From Cyanophora paradoxa CCMP329 (lineage: Eukaryota > Plantae > Glaucophyta): a stretch of DNA of 64,000 bases. The notes under the pieces were generated by a model. The model saw only the letters and a list, made by a program, of their open reading frames with translations, was not told the origin of the DNA and did not search any database. The stretch spans positions 1 to 64,000 of the forward strand of contig QPMI01000437.1 in NCBI GenBank assembly GCA_004431415.1. Reading direction: 5' to 3'. The translations under genes were made by a program, and so were the position numbers. This document shows positions 1 through 11,570 of this stretch, one piece after another. Position 1 is the first letter of the stretch, and each line of letters begins with the position of its first letter.

Positions 1-1752
1 AGATCCTCTCGGCGGCCATCTCCGTGATCGTCGGCGAGCTCTCGCACACGGTCCGCCGCCGCCCCGCTTAGCCCGCCTCTCCTCCCTGACCCCGGGCCCT
101 CGGAGCGCAGGAGGAGTCGGACGTTCTCACGGCGCGGGCGGACGAGTTCCAGCGCCAGGCGGAGAAGATCAAGTGCTGGTACGAGAAGGTGAAGAAGGCG
201 GAGGAGACGGACCTGCGCGACTGGGGCAGCAAGAGCGGCGACGCCGAATTCGACCGCGACAAGCTCAAGCGCGTCTTCTTCTGGATGCGCATCTGCGCCA
301 AGCTGGAGGCGCTGATGGACGAGTGGCACATCGAGGGCGTCCGTCTGGCGAAGGCGATGATCGCCATGGAGTGGGGCCACGGCCACCCGGCGCGCAAGGA
401 GTGCAGCATGCTGGCCAAGGAGATCGGCCGCCGGGGCCGCTACATCAAGGAGGTGGCCTACGGCATCGAATGTGCGTCCGCCCCGCCCTTGGCCTGCGCC
501 CCCGCCCTTGGCCTGCGCCCCGCGCTCTCCCCGCTCACCCCCTCTCCCGCAGTTACCATCCCGCTCGTCCAATTCTTCCAGCGCGAGTTTGTGCTGATCC
601 AGGCCTCCATCATCAAGATCGGGTCGCTCTCCGCCAAGGAGGTGGACGAGGCAAGGGACGAGGGCCAGGCGGAGGCGGAGGCGCGCTGGGACGATACGGC
701 GTTCAGTGCCGTCTGGGGCGTCGGGGACAACGCGCTCTCGCCCCCCGCCCCGTTCGGCTTCAGCGGGCGGCCCGCGCTGGCGTTCGACGAGCACGGCCTC
801 CCCGAGCTGGCGGAGGCGGACGCCGTCGGCTTCAACTGGGCGACGTTCGAGGCCCGCATCGACGAGAAGGCGAAGGAGGCGCAGATGCGGCTGCTGGAGG
901 AGGGCCTCGTCCCGGCGCCGGTGCCCGCGCCCTTCCCCCTTCCTCTCCTCCTCGGCCCCTCTCACCGCCTCCTCCAGCCCCCGGCGTCCTCGGCTCCGGC
1001 GTCCTTGGCTCCGGCGCCCTCGCCCCCGGCCCTCTGCCCACCTACGGAGAGAGGTGCGCCCACGGCGCCGATTGCGCCCTCAACGGCTCCCACCTCCTGC
1101 CCGCCAAGAAGGCCCGCCTCGGCCTCTTCTCACCCCACCCTCTCAGCCCGGTGAGTGACTCTGAATCGGAGGGCTCGGAGGCCTATAGCACGCCCCGCGA
1201 CCCCGACGCCCCGCCCCACAAGGCCGGCGCCTTCGGCTTCTGTGAGTGACGCCCCCGCGCAGGCCCTGCCGACGCCGCCCGTCGCCAACCGCACCGTCTT
1301 CGTCCAGGTGAGTGCCAGGGCTGCCGCGAGTGGCGGCTCGAGAACTTCTCGGCTCAGGTCCCCGCCACGCAGCAGGCCGGCGCGATCCCGGCCTCGCCGC
1401 CCGTGACCGTCGACGTCGAGGGCGGTATGTTCGAGATGGAGCTGGAGCCGGCGCCCTCGCAGGCCCTCGCCACCCAGGGCTCGGCCCCGGGCTCGCCGCC
1501 GCCGTCCCAGCCCTCCCTCCCGCTGGTGCACGCCAACTCCAACATCTTCGAGGGCTGCTGAGGGCCCTGAAACGGTGCGCGCAGGCCCGTCCCGCCCTCC
1601 CAGAGCAAGTGGTCCACAACGCCATAGTGGACGCCATGTGGGATAACAGGGGCCGCCTCCCCCACCCCTTCCGCTACGTCTCTATGGCCCTCCGCGGCCT
1701 CGCCTTCCCGCCCCCTGCACCGAGCAGCTCAACCAAATCCTGCGCGGTCTGA
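1..1752 (+). CDS. Partial spliced host gene, unknown product
   Basis: GC3-rich frame (ORF 189-1154, KIKCWYEKVKKAEETDLRDW...) with GT..CAG introns at ~51-110 and ~473-552; no recognisable domain; 3' boundary uncertain. Confidence 0.35.
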
Positions 1753-1819
1753 TTCATTACAGACTCGCCTACCCGGCCTGGGCCTGAGCTACACCAAGCT
1801 ACGGTGAGTCCGACCAAGC

Positions 1820-1942
1820 CTGTCCCGGGTCCCGGGAAAATTTATATTAAGATTCCAAAGACCTGGGACAGAAGTAGTCTGACCAAGAGACGTGTCCGGA
1901 CCCTCCCAATAATCATATAGAGTATTGGAAAGGTCCGGACAC
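1820..1942. terminator. Two tandem stem-loops between convergent genes
   Basis: CTGTCCCGGGTC/GACCTGGGACAG (1820-1871) and GTGTCCGGACC..CCAATA/TATTGG..GGTCCGGACAC (1892-1942); the second abuts the YqaJ stop codon. Confidence 0.35.
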
Positions 1943-2598
1943 TAGAGGAGGGCGTACGACTTAAACTCGCGCAGCGCCGCCTGCTCCTCGCTGAGGTTCT
2001 CTGACTTCATTCGATCGCTGTAGGGCTCGGGCGGCGTGCCCTCCTTGACGTGCATCCAAAATAGATGTAAGCACTTCCTCATGAGCTTGATGTACCTCTC
2101 GTCCCGTCTGACGTACCACGTTTGCACGCGCAGAGGAGTGAAGCAAAAAAGTTCGGCCCACTCGCGGCCCGTTATGTCCAGCAGGCCCTGGAGCTGGGGC
2201 ATGTAATAAGTTGGGACCTTTTCGTAGAGTTCTTGTTTGTAGGGGCATTTTATTTCAAGTATACGATCGCTTCCAATCAGCCCGTCCGGGCTGCCCGCCA
2301 GGAAGGGCAGTTCCTTATGTTCGTGCAATCCAGTATGTTGCACGTCCACGTTGTTGTTCGACGTTTTGTAGAGAGAGACCGCGAAGGGCTCATAGTCATG
2401 CCCGTAGGTTAGCGCAGGGTTGTCGAAGTTGTTTTCCTCCGCTATGCCGCTTAGCTCCGCCCAGAGGCGGGCCCTGGATTTCCAGGGGTTTATGCCGCAC
2501 GCAGCCGCAAAGTTCGAGGCAGTTAGCTTTTCACGGCGCGCCGCGTGCCACGCTGCGCTCCCCTGTTGCAAAGTCTCGCAATTTGTATCGGTATGCAT
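1942..2598 (-). CDS. YqaJ-like viral recombinase / lambda-exonuclease family nuclease
   Basis: Motifs QGSAAWHAARREKLTAS, YGHDYE, LAGSPDG, LEIKCPY, YMPQLQGLL; intronless. Confidence 0.9.
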   Translation of the reverse strand: MHTDTNCETLQQGSAAWHAARREKLTASNFAAACGINPWKSRARLWAELSGIAEENNFDNPALTYGHDYEPFAVSLYKTSNNNVDVQHTGLHEHKELPFLAGSPDGLIGSDRILEIKCPYKQELYEKVPTYYMPQLQGLLDITGREWAELFCFTPLRVQTWYVRRDERYIKLMRKCLHLFWMHVKEGTPPEPYSDRMKSENLSEEQAALREFKSYALL

Positions 2599-2648
2599 AG
2601 CGTAGCCTCGCAGTAGCGTTTAGAATTTCTTGATGTGTGCAATTGCAA

Positions 2649-3346
2649 ATGTCGGATGCAGAGGAAGCGCCCAGGGACGTGATCGCACAGTTCATAGATC
2701 AGGTCAAGGACCTTAGACGCTGGGTGGTAGAGCAGGCCTCGCGACCGAATCGACAGCGCCAACCCTGGCCGGTGCTAGAGCTGGCCCGGGCAGGGTGGCT
2801 AGACACGCATTACAACTCTGGCGGGGCCCTTTACGTTCGGAGCCACGACGAGGGCAGGATTATCGACGAGTTCAAGCGCATCTGGTTCGCCCTGGGCTCC
2901 AAGCTCAGCATACTCTCGACCCTCCCGGACCACATTCGCATGCAAATCCTCGAGTGGTACGCGAAGGCAAGGGACTCGCAATGGGACGACGTAAATTTGC
3001 GCGACCTCTCGCGCTTGCGCTCGGCTGTGACGGCGTATGTCACAAACTATGATTATCACGTCAAAAAGCCCCAATTCGAAGTTGAGCCAATTCCGATGAA
3101 TCTGGTACCCCTGGGATGGGAAGAGTACCCCGAGTACTCGTGGAACAGGGGCCTCAACCCCCGCGCCAGGCCCTGCCAGCCCCGCCCGCCCCACCGATAA
3201 ACGCCCCCGCCCCGCGTGACGTCAGACGGGACATACGCGAATGGGAGGAGTGGAGCAACGACCCGAAGAACTGGCTACCCGGGGAGGCGGAGATGCGGAA
3301 GCGCGCGAGGCTGATGCCCGGCGACAGGTACCCCGACCGCGAGTAG
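2649..3346 (+). CDS. Hypothetical protein, paralogue A (frameshift in C-runs at ~3157-3197)
   Basis: ORFs 2637-3200 and 3116-3346 together align with 3381-4118 (LPDHIRMQILEW vs LPAQVQQRIIDF; EWSNDPKNWLPGEAEMRK vs EWMDDTSHWVQGEAELRK). Confidence 0.6.
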
Positions 3347-3380
3347 GGGTACAGGTATAAATTCTCACCGAGCCGCGAGC

Positions 3381-4118
3381 ATGGCGCGAACACGCGAGTC
3401 CGACGTGCTGTACAACAACGGCGACCTGGACGGGGAGATTCGACAGCGGAACGTGGACTTGGAGGATGCGAACGCAGTGCTGGAGGGGAGGCGCACGTCC
3501 TCAGGGGGCGGCTCGCCGGCGGAGAACTTCATGGAGCGCGTGCTCTACCTTGTGCGCTGGATTAGAGACGAATTCCACGACGAGCGAGAGCTCCCGGACA
3601 GGGAGATGATCAGGGCCGCGGGCTTGATGGGTATGACAGAGAACCCGAGATCGTACCTGAGGCGCGAACGCAGGGATCTGAACGGCGATTGGGCCGACCT
3701 GCAAGCGCTGTGGACGGCCTTTGCGAACCGCAAGAGCCAGATCCTTGCCCTGCCCGCGCAGGTACAGCAGCGTATCATTGATTTCGTAGCCCCCTGGCGC
3801 GACGAGTCCCTCCAGCAGCCATTCATGCAACCACGCTTCCTCTCCGGGCTCAGGAGCGCGTTCTTCCACTTGGCCGTGAGCAGCGACCGGTATTTCACAC
3901 CGCAGAGGATCGTTCACGGCGAATTCGGCATACCCCCCGAGTGGCTGAATTTTGCCACCGTACCCCCTTCCCCACCCGCCTCGAAGGCCCCCCTCCCCTA
4001 CCCCGAGCAGCGTGAGTCACTCAAGCGTCAGAGGGAGGTACGCGAATGGATGGACGACACCAGCCACTGGGTACAGGGCGAGGCCGAATTACGCAAGTTC
4101 GGAAGGTTCGGGCAGTAA
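3381..4118 (+). CDS. Hypothetical protein, paralogue B
   Basis: Intronless 245-aa ORF, tandem paralogue of the preceding gene. Confidence 0.65.
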   Translation: MARTRESDVLYNNGDLDGEIRQRNVDLEDANAVLEGRRTSSGGGSPAENFMERVLYLVRWIRDEFHDERELPDREMIRAAGLMGMTENPRSYLRRERRDLNGDWADLQALWTAFANRKSQILALPAQVQQRIIDFVAPWRDESLQQPFMQPRFLSGLRSAFFHLAVSSDRYFTPQRIVHGEFGIPPEWLNFATVPPSPPASKAPLPYPEQRESLKRQREVREWMDDTSHWVQGEAELRKFGRFGQ

Positions 4119-5929
4119 CAGCGGGGGGTACAGCATTCAGTTAGAGCCTGAGCATCGTTAGAGGCCGGGAGGCCCCCCGAGGGGTACACCGGCTGTTACT
4201 CCCCGCGTCGGTTAGTGCTAGCCCCCCTGTTAGTGCAGCGTGTACCTGATCGCAATATAACACCCAAACCTCCGCGACGCGTGACTCATGCAACCTCCGA
4301 GGGTTAACAATGCATTGACAGCGAAGGGGCAAGCTCGAGAGCTCAACGCTTCACAAAGGCCCACATATATAGGCCCGGCCCGTACGTACTAGTACTGCCA
4401 GGCTGGCCATGGCCATGGGTATACGTATGTATACCGTATACGGCCTGCAGGCTGGAGTCGAGTGGCAGACTGGCAGTCTGGCACACGTGCGCGTGCACTG
4501 ACACTTCCTGCCATAGTATACGTAGCAGAAACGTTCGCTAGCAGCGGGCGTATCCTACCGCCGTACACGCACATGCGCACGCATCGCAAGTACGAGTGCT
4601 GTGCTGTATGCACGCTAGCGCTAGCGCTGCAGCTGTCTTGAGCATGACCAGCAGCAGCGGGTTTGCAGTTGCCAGATCTAGAGCCAAGATGTGCATGTGC
4701 ATGCGGAGCTCGAGGCGTCAATCCTTCATCATGATCCTTGCGCATGCATATGCAATCATCGCCTTCGCGATGTTGACTGGTTTGTTGCTTCTACTATATA
4801 TTCTAAAACATTTGTACAGCGGATCGACGACCATAACGTGCATATGCATGCGCACTTGCAATTGCACAATTTTGCAAGTGTTATATATATGTATATTAAG
4901 TGTAAAACTCTATTGCCGCGCACGAGTCCCGTCCCGTACACGTGCGCATGCACGCGCGCTTTTAATTCACGCACGGTGCGCGGCGCAGAGGCAGCCGCAT
5001 TGCCCACGATTCCCTTGCTCGCTGGTGCTACGGATGCTATGGGCCAGGGCTGGAACGTCATCCGCGAGGGCCGCAGCAGTTTCTGTGTTGGCAGCTTCCA
5101 ACCCCGTCCGGCAGCTGGTTTTCCGCCAGTACAAGGTCCGTTCAACATATATATTCGAGCTCGAATCTCAGGGGCTTTTAAAGATAACTTGGCTCACTAA
5201 CCTGCATGATAATCATCACATTGCAATGCATATGTACAATAATAAGCAATGAAATAAAAATGCTGCGGCATGCAATTAATGTTCCCGTATGCAATGTCGC
5301 AGGAACTGGGACGAGCGCGTCTTTTGCATTTGGGAAGGGCTTCCATCGGGATCTTTTAACAAAATTGGGCTACAGGGAACCTCGTGGACAGATCAGAAGT
5401 GAGAAAGCATCATCGTTATCCTGATATCGATATCGACTTGACGCATATATATAGCTACACGAATTAGATAATTATTTATATTTATTGCTCGCAGATATCC
5501 ATTACTCTGTCTACGACGGATTCTTGTACGTTGGTCCGTACGTCGCGATTGACTTACTGAAACTAGTACAATTAGGGAAGCTGAACTTCGGAAATTGAAG
5601 CTGAGGAGGCGCTCCTCGGGCGGATTCCATATATACTTTTAGTATTCAATAGTGTTTATTTTCGCTCACGGGGGGCGGACTGGACTACGGGAGGGCACCA
5701 GGTGCAGATTTAGCTATAGATCTAGAGACAGAAGGTCTAGAGTGCGGGTAGGGGAAGTTAAAAAACAATTTGCTCGGATAGGTCTGGCCAGGCAGGGAGG
5801 GGGTTGCCCCCCTCCCCACGCGCCGCTGTTTCCAGCGGCTCGGCCGGACCATCGGGTAGGGGAAGTTAAGGGCAGGCCTGGCTCTATATAGGGTGTGACT
5901 TCTGGGTCTAATCAATATCTTCGGCCCAA

Positions 5930-8809
5930 CAGGCACCAGGAAATACATCGCTCGTGTGACGCCAACTTGTGAGAGCCAGTTTGTGGCAGGACAGCCCACA
6001 ACTACGGTGTTTGGTAGCGTGTGGGCCAGCGCGAACGTCAACGACACGTACCCATACGCTTCTGCATCTTTGTTTGGACCTCCACGTATAAATGAAACTC
6101 GCGACGCTTTCAGCGGGAGCCAGCTTCCACAGCTGCATCCGGCAACTGGTGCACCTGTTGGGCTTTTCTACAAGGGAGCGTCCTTCGAGTTCGTTTCTTT
6201 TGTTATGTATATTTCCGCTCGAAATTCACTGGCCCATGGTAATGACATCGATATCGATAACAACTCTCAGCAATGTGCACGCAATGGCGGCAGTTTCTAG
6301 TACGCGACTCTACTTTCTCAGCGGAGGCGACAGCGTCCTCCATTCGCAAGACGTACGTATACGTGTATCGTGTGCATTTGCATGTGCCACACAATTGCAA
6401 TTGTACACGTGCACGCGTGGTTGACATCAACTGGCGCTCGCGCAGATCGGATATGTTACGCTCACAGATGGTGAACATTTTATTTTAATAAATATCTTGC
6501 ATTTGACGATGAAGATCACGATGCGTTTATTGAGTCTAATCTCATTATTGCTTTTACACCGGCGCAGGAATTGTCCGAACATACTCGGACTGGGGGGCGT
6601 ATGCGAAGAACAACACGATGACCACTGTTTGGAGCAGCACCTGTCGAGACACAAAGAACTCTGTTTTACACTACAGGCCCCGAGGAATGGCGCACCACGG
6701 TGGCAAGCTGTATGTTATGGCCATTAAGTTCAACTGCAACAGCTCGGCGCCGGCCGACCCATCAGACATCCCCTTCAATGACGGCGACCTTCCAGAAGGC
6801 TCTGTTTCTGTATTCATTTTGCCAGCTGGCGGGGAAATCGTCCGGCGTGGCGAGGAGCGTTTCGTCGCCACGCTGCAAACTGGATACGCCAGCGGCCCGA
6901 TCGCTGGCACGCGTATATTCTGTCAGGGTCTTGCGCTTGATTTCGATGGCCAAGACGTTGCGATCTACGTACCCCAGGTGCCAGACGGGGCGGTCGCGGA
7001 TGCCGCAGCAATCCGTACACGCATTTTGAAGGTCACAATACCAAGCGCGGACGTCAACAGCCCTGCAGCTGCCACAGTAACGACTTTCACCGAGTTGCCT
7101 GCGGGAGTCGTCGAAGTCTCGGATGTGCCGTCGCAAAATGATCCGAACGCTTTCGCCACGCTTACGACCTGGCTCGACATCAAAGGCCTGGCGGTTGTCA
7201 GAACTAGGTGTGTCGATAGCCATATATACTTGAAGGGTGTCAAGTATTCATCCAATGACGAGACTGACTGAGAAATGCACATGTATGTCTGCAGTGCTGG
7301 AACTTGGAGGCTTGTCGCTCAAGTTTACGGGGTCAATAAATGCGACGGCTTTCCGCAGGAGTACCTCTGGTATTTCTGCCCATGGCCAGATTTTCCTGCA
7401 GATGATTATGAAATGGATGCGCCTCAACTCCGTTACATCGAGTCTTATGACTCCAGCGGCAAGCCGATGGTTGCGGAAAGGATCGATGCTGTTCCAAGGT
7501 GATGATATGTCACATTTCAATCGTTTAGAGGTCAATTCGCATAAATACTATAACTTGGAATTTACAACCCGTTGGCGTAGGCCGGACCCAAAGGCTGTTC
7601 CCGCGAGCTATTTTGGAAGCCGTCGGGTGCTGAAGTCCTTCGAGGATACCATCGAGGCGCCCTTTGTGGGGATCGCGAACGTCGGAACTCGGGACTTTCC
7701 CGTCTTCTACTCCGTGTGGGAAGCGCTGTACGTCTTCGCGCACCGGCTCTGCCTCAGCTGCCGGGCGCCCACCCCGACGCCTTCGCCAATCCCCACTCCA
7801 TCCGCCACGCCGACCCCTGTAGTGGCGGCTAGGTGCCGCGGTTTTGATTTCCTGTCAGATGTTTACGCACTGCCTGCTGACGTGCGCAAACGTTCTTTCA
7901 TAATCAGCGCTTCGAACTCAAGCTCGACAGGTCCGGATCCAGTGGTGTCTCGCCCAACTCCTCTCCCGGGCACCTCGACCCCGCCCTCCGTACCCGGATT
8001 CGAATCCGGACCCAGTGCCCCCACCGACCCGCTCCGGCCTACCCCGTCGCCATTTCGTCGTCCCTTGCCTCAATTGAAGCCCCTGGTTCTGGTGCGCGCC
8101 ATCGATATTGATCACGAACACGTTAGTTAATCACATGAAATATTGCTTAAGCGGTTGCTTTCCGATTGCAGCCATTCTTTCTGGCGACCGAAACACCGAA
8201 CGCTGTTATCGGAAACATGACCAAAGAGTCGCGAATCAAAGTAAGTATGCGCAGCTCAAACCGCTCGTATAAATGATTATGCATGCTACAACAATATATA
8301 GCTTTCAATAACGATCAAAGATGCTTAAGTGCTCCAATCAAAAGCAAGCGCAATTCGAATATTTGTTTCAGTAAATAATAATAACATCTTGCGCAGCCGT
8401 CCCCGAGGAACTTCACGCTCACCAAGGTGCGGTACTCATTTATATAATTATTTGATTTGCCTAGTTATAGGCTCATTTGCAAAGATCGGAACTGAAGCAA
8501 AGCGGTAATATCCGGAAGCTGATCATGACCCCTGAAGCTCACGGCTGAACCGAATCCGCCTCAGGATAAAAAGGGAAACGATGTGTACACGATCTCACTT
8601 CCTAGAGCAATTGCTGTCACAATTGAGGTAACATTGGCCAATAGTATCGTTCCTTCATTAAGGATATGCCTAATGATAATATTTTTTCAGAGACCACACG
8701 CCTCCGCTAATCCGGAACGATTCGTCGAAGTAGTCTTGACTGGAATTCTCAAGGTGCTTTTCTTACCCCGACCCCGTTGACCCCGTTCCATTTATGCCCC
8801 CCCCCCCCC

Positions 8810-8856
<47 letters not shown>

Positions 8857-9350
8857 ACCCCCTCCAACCCCCCCTTCCCCACCGCGCGCCAGCCCTAGCT
8901 CTCCGCAAATAATTATTTCCCGGCACGCGCACGCAAATCTGAAAACGTCGAAGAGAGACCTTCAGAAATCCGCAAAGCATATGCGTGACCACACAGATTC
9001 AGATCGCTTATATTAATTATGCGTTTCATTGCGGCAGTCTGGACAGGAGGTTCTCGTGTTCATTGAGAACGATGCTGGCGATCAGCTGGGCACGGCGCAA
9101 GTCTCTGTCACCACCAGAAACTTGAACGGCATCCTCACCCCAAGGGACATAGTTCTGACGTTTGGTGCTGAACTTTCCTCACTTATAATAATTGTATATA
9201 AATCTGCTCAATTTCGTGGAAATGCGCTTACAATTTCTCGGGCGCAGAGCCTCCGAATCTTCCTTCAGCAATCAATCCCCGAAGTGTGCCCCGGAATCTT
9301 TTGGACGCACACGCCGCATTCGAGGTCAACACGAGGGTGCGGCTGTGCGT
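5930..9350 (+). CDS. Multi-exon host gene, probably an extracellular protein with a Pro/Thr linker
   Basis: Protein-like segments at 5956-6170, 6618-7207, 7294-7498, 7600-7830 (PTPTPSPIPTPSATPTP) and 9048-9160, separated by AT-richer GT..AG introns; boundaries approximate. Confidence 0.35.
8813..8855. repeat. (CA)n microsatellite
   Basis: Uninterrupted CA run after a poly-C tract. Confidence 0.95.
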
Positions 9351-11570
9351 AATAAACGAGGAATATATATATATATAGAGGCGCATTCGAATTCGCGATC
9401 GGACATAAATACCTGAAGATGAAGAAGATTGAGAAGGCCCGGTCCGGACCGGATACCGATGATGCCTGCCTTCGAATTCTCTTTATAATTCTGATGCCTT
9501 ATAATTTGACTTTGGATGATTGCACTCTACAAAGCTGAGATTTAGACCTGCGTATGCTGATTGCATTCACTGGACTTTTCCGCCGTGGACCACATATATT
9601 CATATATTATTCATTGCGCATGCGTTCACTGATCGCACTCGCTGCGAATGTATTTGCGCGCAGTACAACCTGCGGATTGAGCCGGCGCGTAGGCCCGGAC
9701 AGGCCCCTTTCATTCCTTTCATCCTAGGCGGGGTGCGCGTTTAAACGTTTAACTTGTATCAAACTCCAGCTTAAAAACCTTTGCAATCTGCGAGTCTAAA
9801 TCGTTGATATCGATCGGAATCCTCGGCTGAAGCTCTCGCCATCGCGCAGGCCTTCCAGTGGTATCCCACACCTCCCTACGTGGCGATACAAGACATGAGT
9901 CAAAGTCAACAAGCGGCACTCGGAATCTCATGCTTCCACGCCTCCGGCACGCTGCGGCTCGAGGACGGGCGCCCCCTCCGCCTCGACGATCCCGCACTCC
10001 GCTCTGGCCGCGGCCTGCCCCGCAGCTTCCGCGTGCAGGCTGTCGCCCCGGACGGCTCCCTCCGGTTTGCGGTGAGTCTCGAGCCTCCCGAATTGTTGAT
10101 CGTGACCTCCATTAATATTGAAGAGTCGTTTCCCTGTAGACGTTCTATGGGAACACGCACAGACCGATCTTCCGTCCGCGCCCGTTCGTGCGGGTCGCGA
10201 CTCGCTCGTCGTCTCTCACCCTGACGCCGGGTGCGGCGCCTTCAATTTCTTGTCGATGCATTTCTTGTCAATTAAAGGTTAACGTTAACGACTACGACGC
10301 ATCGGCATCAGGCCACTTCCTGTACGTGGCGGAGGCGCCTTCGTGGAGTGCAGCTCGCGTGGAGATGGCGGCACGCGTTCGCAAGGGCCACTTTGTGTTC
10401 GTGGAGCCGCCGGCGGATCCGGAGCGCACGGGCGACGTCGATGCGAGCGGCGACGGCGGGAGGCTCAAGCTTGTGGCCGAGGAGGTGACCGCCGTGGAGG
10501 AGCTGACGGAGCGCGGCGCGTTCGGCTTCTGGGTCGAGGGCGGCGTGCCCGTCGTCAGCGGCGTCGCCGCGTCTGTCTCCGCTGTCTCCGGTGCGACGCC
10601 GACGTCGCACGCGTTTTAAAAAAACATGCCATGATGTGACGCCAACTTTACTGACGCCTTGGCGCGCGGCGTTTTCAGAATGGTACTTCAGCGAGGATGA
10701 GCTCAGGGGCAAAGCGGACTGGAAGGTCGAGCTCTTCATGCTGCTCCATTACTACCTGCACCAGACGGCCCTCCTCTCGGCCCGCCTCACGCACCCGTTC
10801 TTCCTCGCGCTGTCGAACAACCCCCTCGCCGCCTTCGAGCGCTTCGCGGGGGCGGCCGGCCACGTCTACGTGTGCGTCGCCGTCGGCGCCGCGCTCGCGG
10901 CGTCTACCTTGGCGGCGTCCCGGAGGCTGGCGTCTCCCTCGCGATTGAAGCGCGTGTGATCCATTTCGGCCGGGGCATGCGCAGATGTATCGATTGAATT
11001 CGGAGATAGTCAGTTATTCGATGTAGTTATATAATTAGGTGTAGTTTCCATTCAGGCGAATTCGAACGTTAGCCATATAAATTGAGCGGCCACTTCTGAG
11101 GTGGTGATCATGATCGCGTCAATGTAATTTGTAATTGTGCGATTTGCATTGGCAGCTTGCAAATGATCCGGATCCGGACTCCGGGATCCGGTCACACTGA
11201 AAATATTAATGCAATGCAAATGCCATTGGAGCCGCCGCCGCCGTTGCCGGAGCCGCCGCGGGCGACGCAGCTCGAGCCACCGTGGCACTAGCGCCCGCCC
11301 TGCCCCGTTGGACATTACGGCGGAGGCAGCGGCGCCGGCGGGAGCAGCAGCGCGCCCGCCGGCGCGTCGTCGCCGGCCGGCGGCGGCCAGATTGCAAGGG
11401 CCGTGGAAAGCCCCCTGCAGCTGCCCTCTCGCGAATCGAGCCCCATGCCCAGCGAGCCCTCGTCGCCCTGGGCTTAATTAGGCCTGGCCCACCGGGGCCG
11501 TTCCGGGCCCTGGCCATGGTCCCTCTTCTCTGCCTCTCGCTTCTCGGACCGATATCAATTACAGAGGCGG

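Noticed and set aside
4330-4395. Helitron 3' end (hairpin + CTAG)
   Set aside because: The hairpin is weak and there is no Rep/helicase or matching 5' end in view
5640-5895. MITE with duplicated CGGGTAGGGGAAGTTAA
   Set aside because: The 17-bp direct repeat is real (5745, 5853), but no convincing TIR or TSD could be defined
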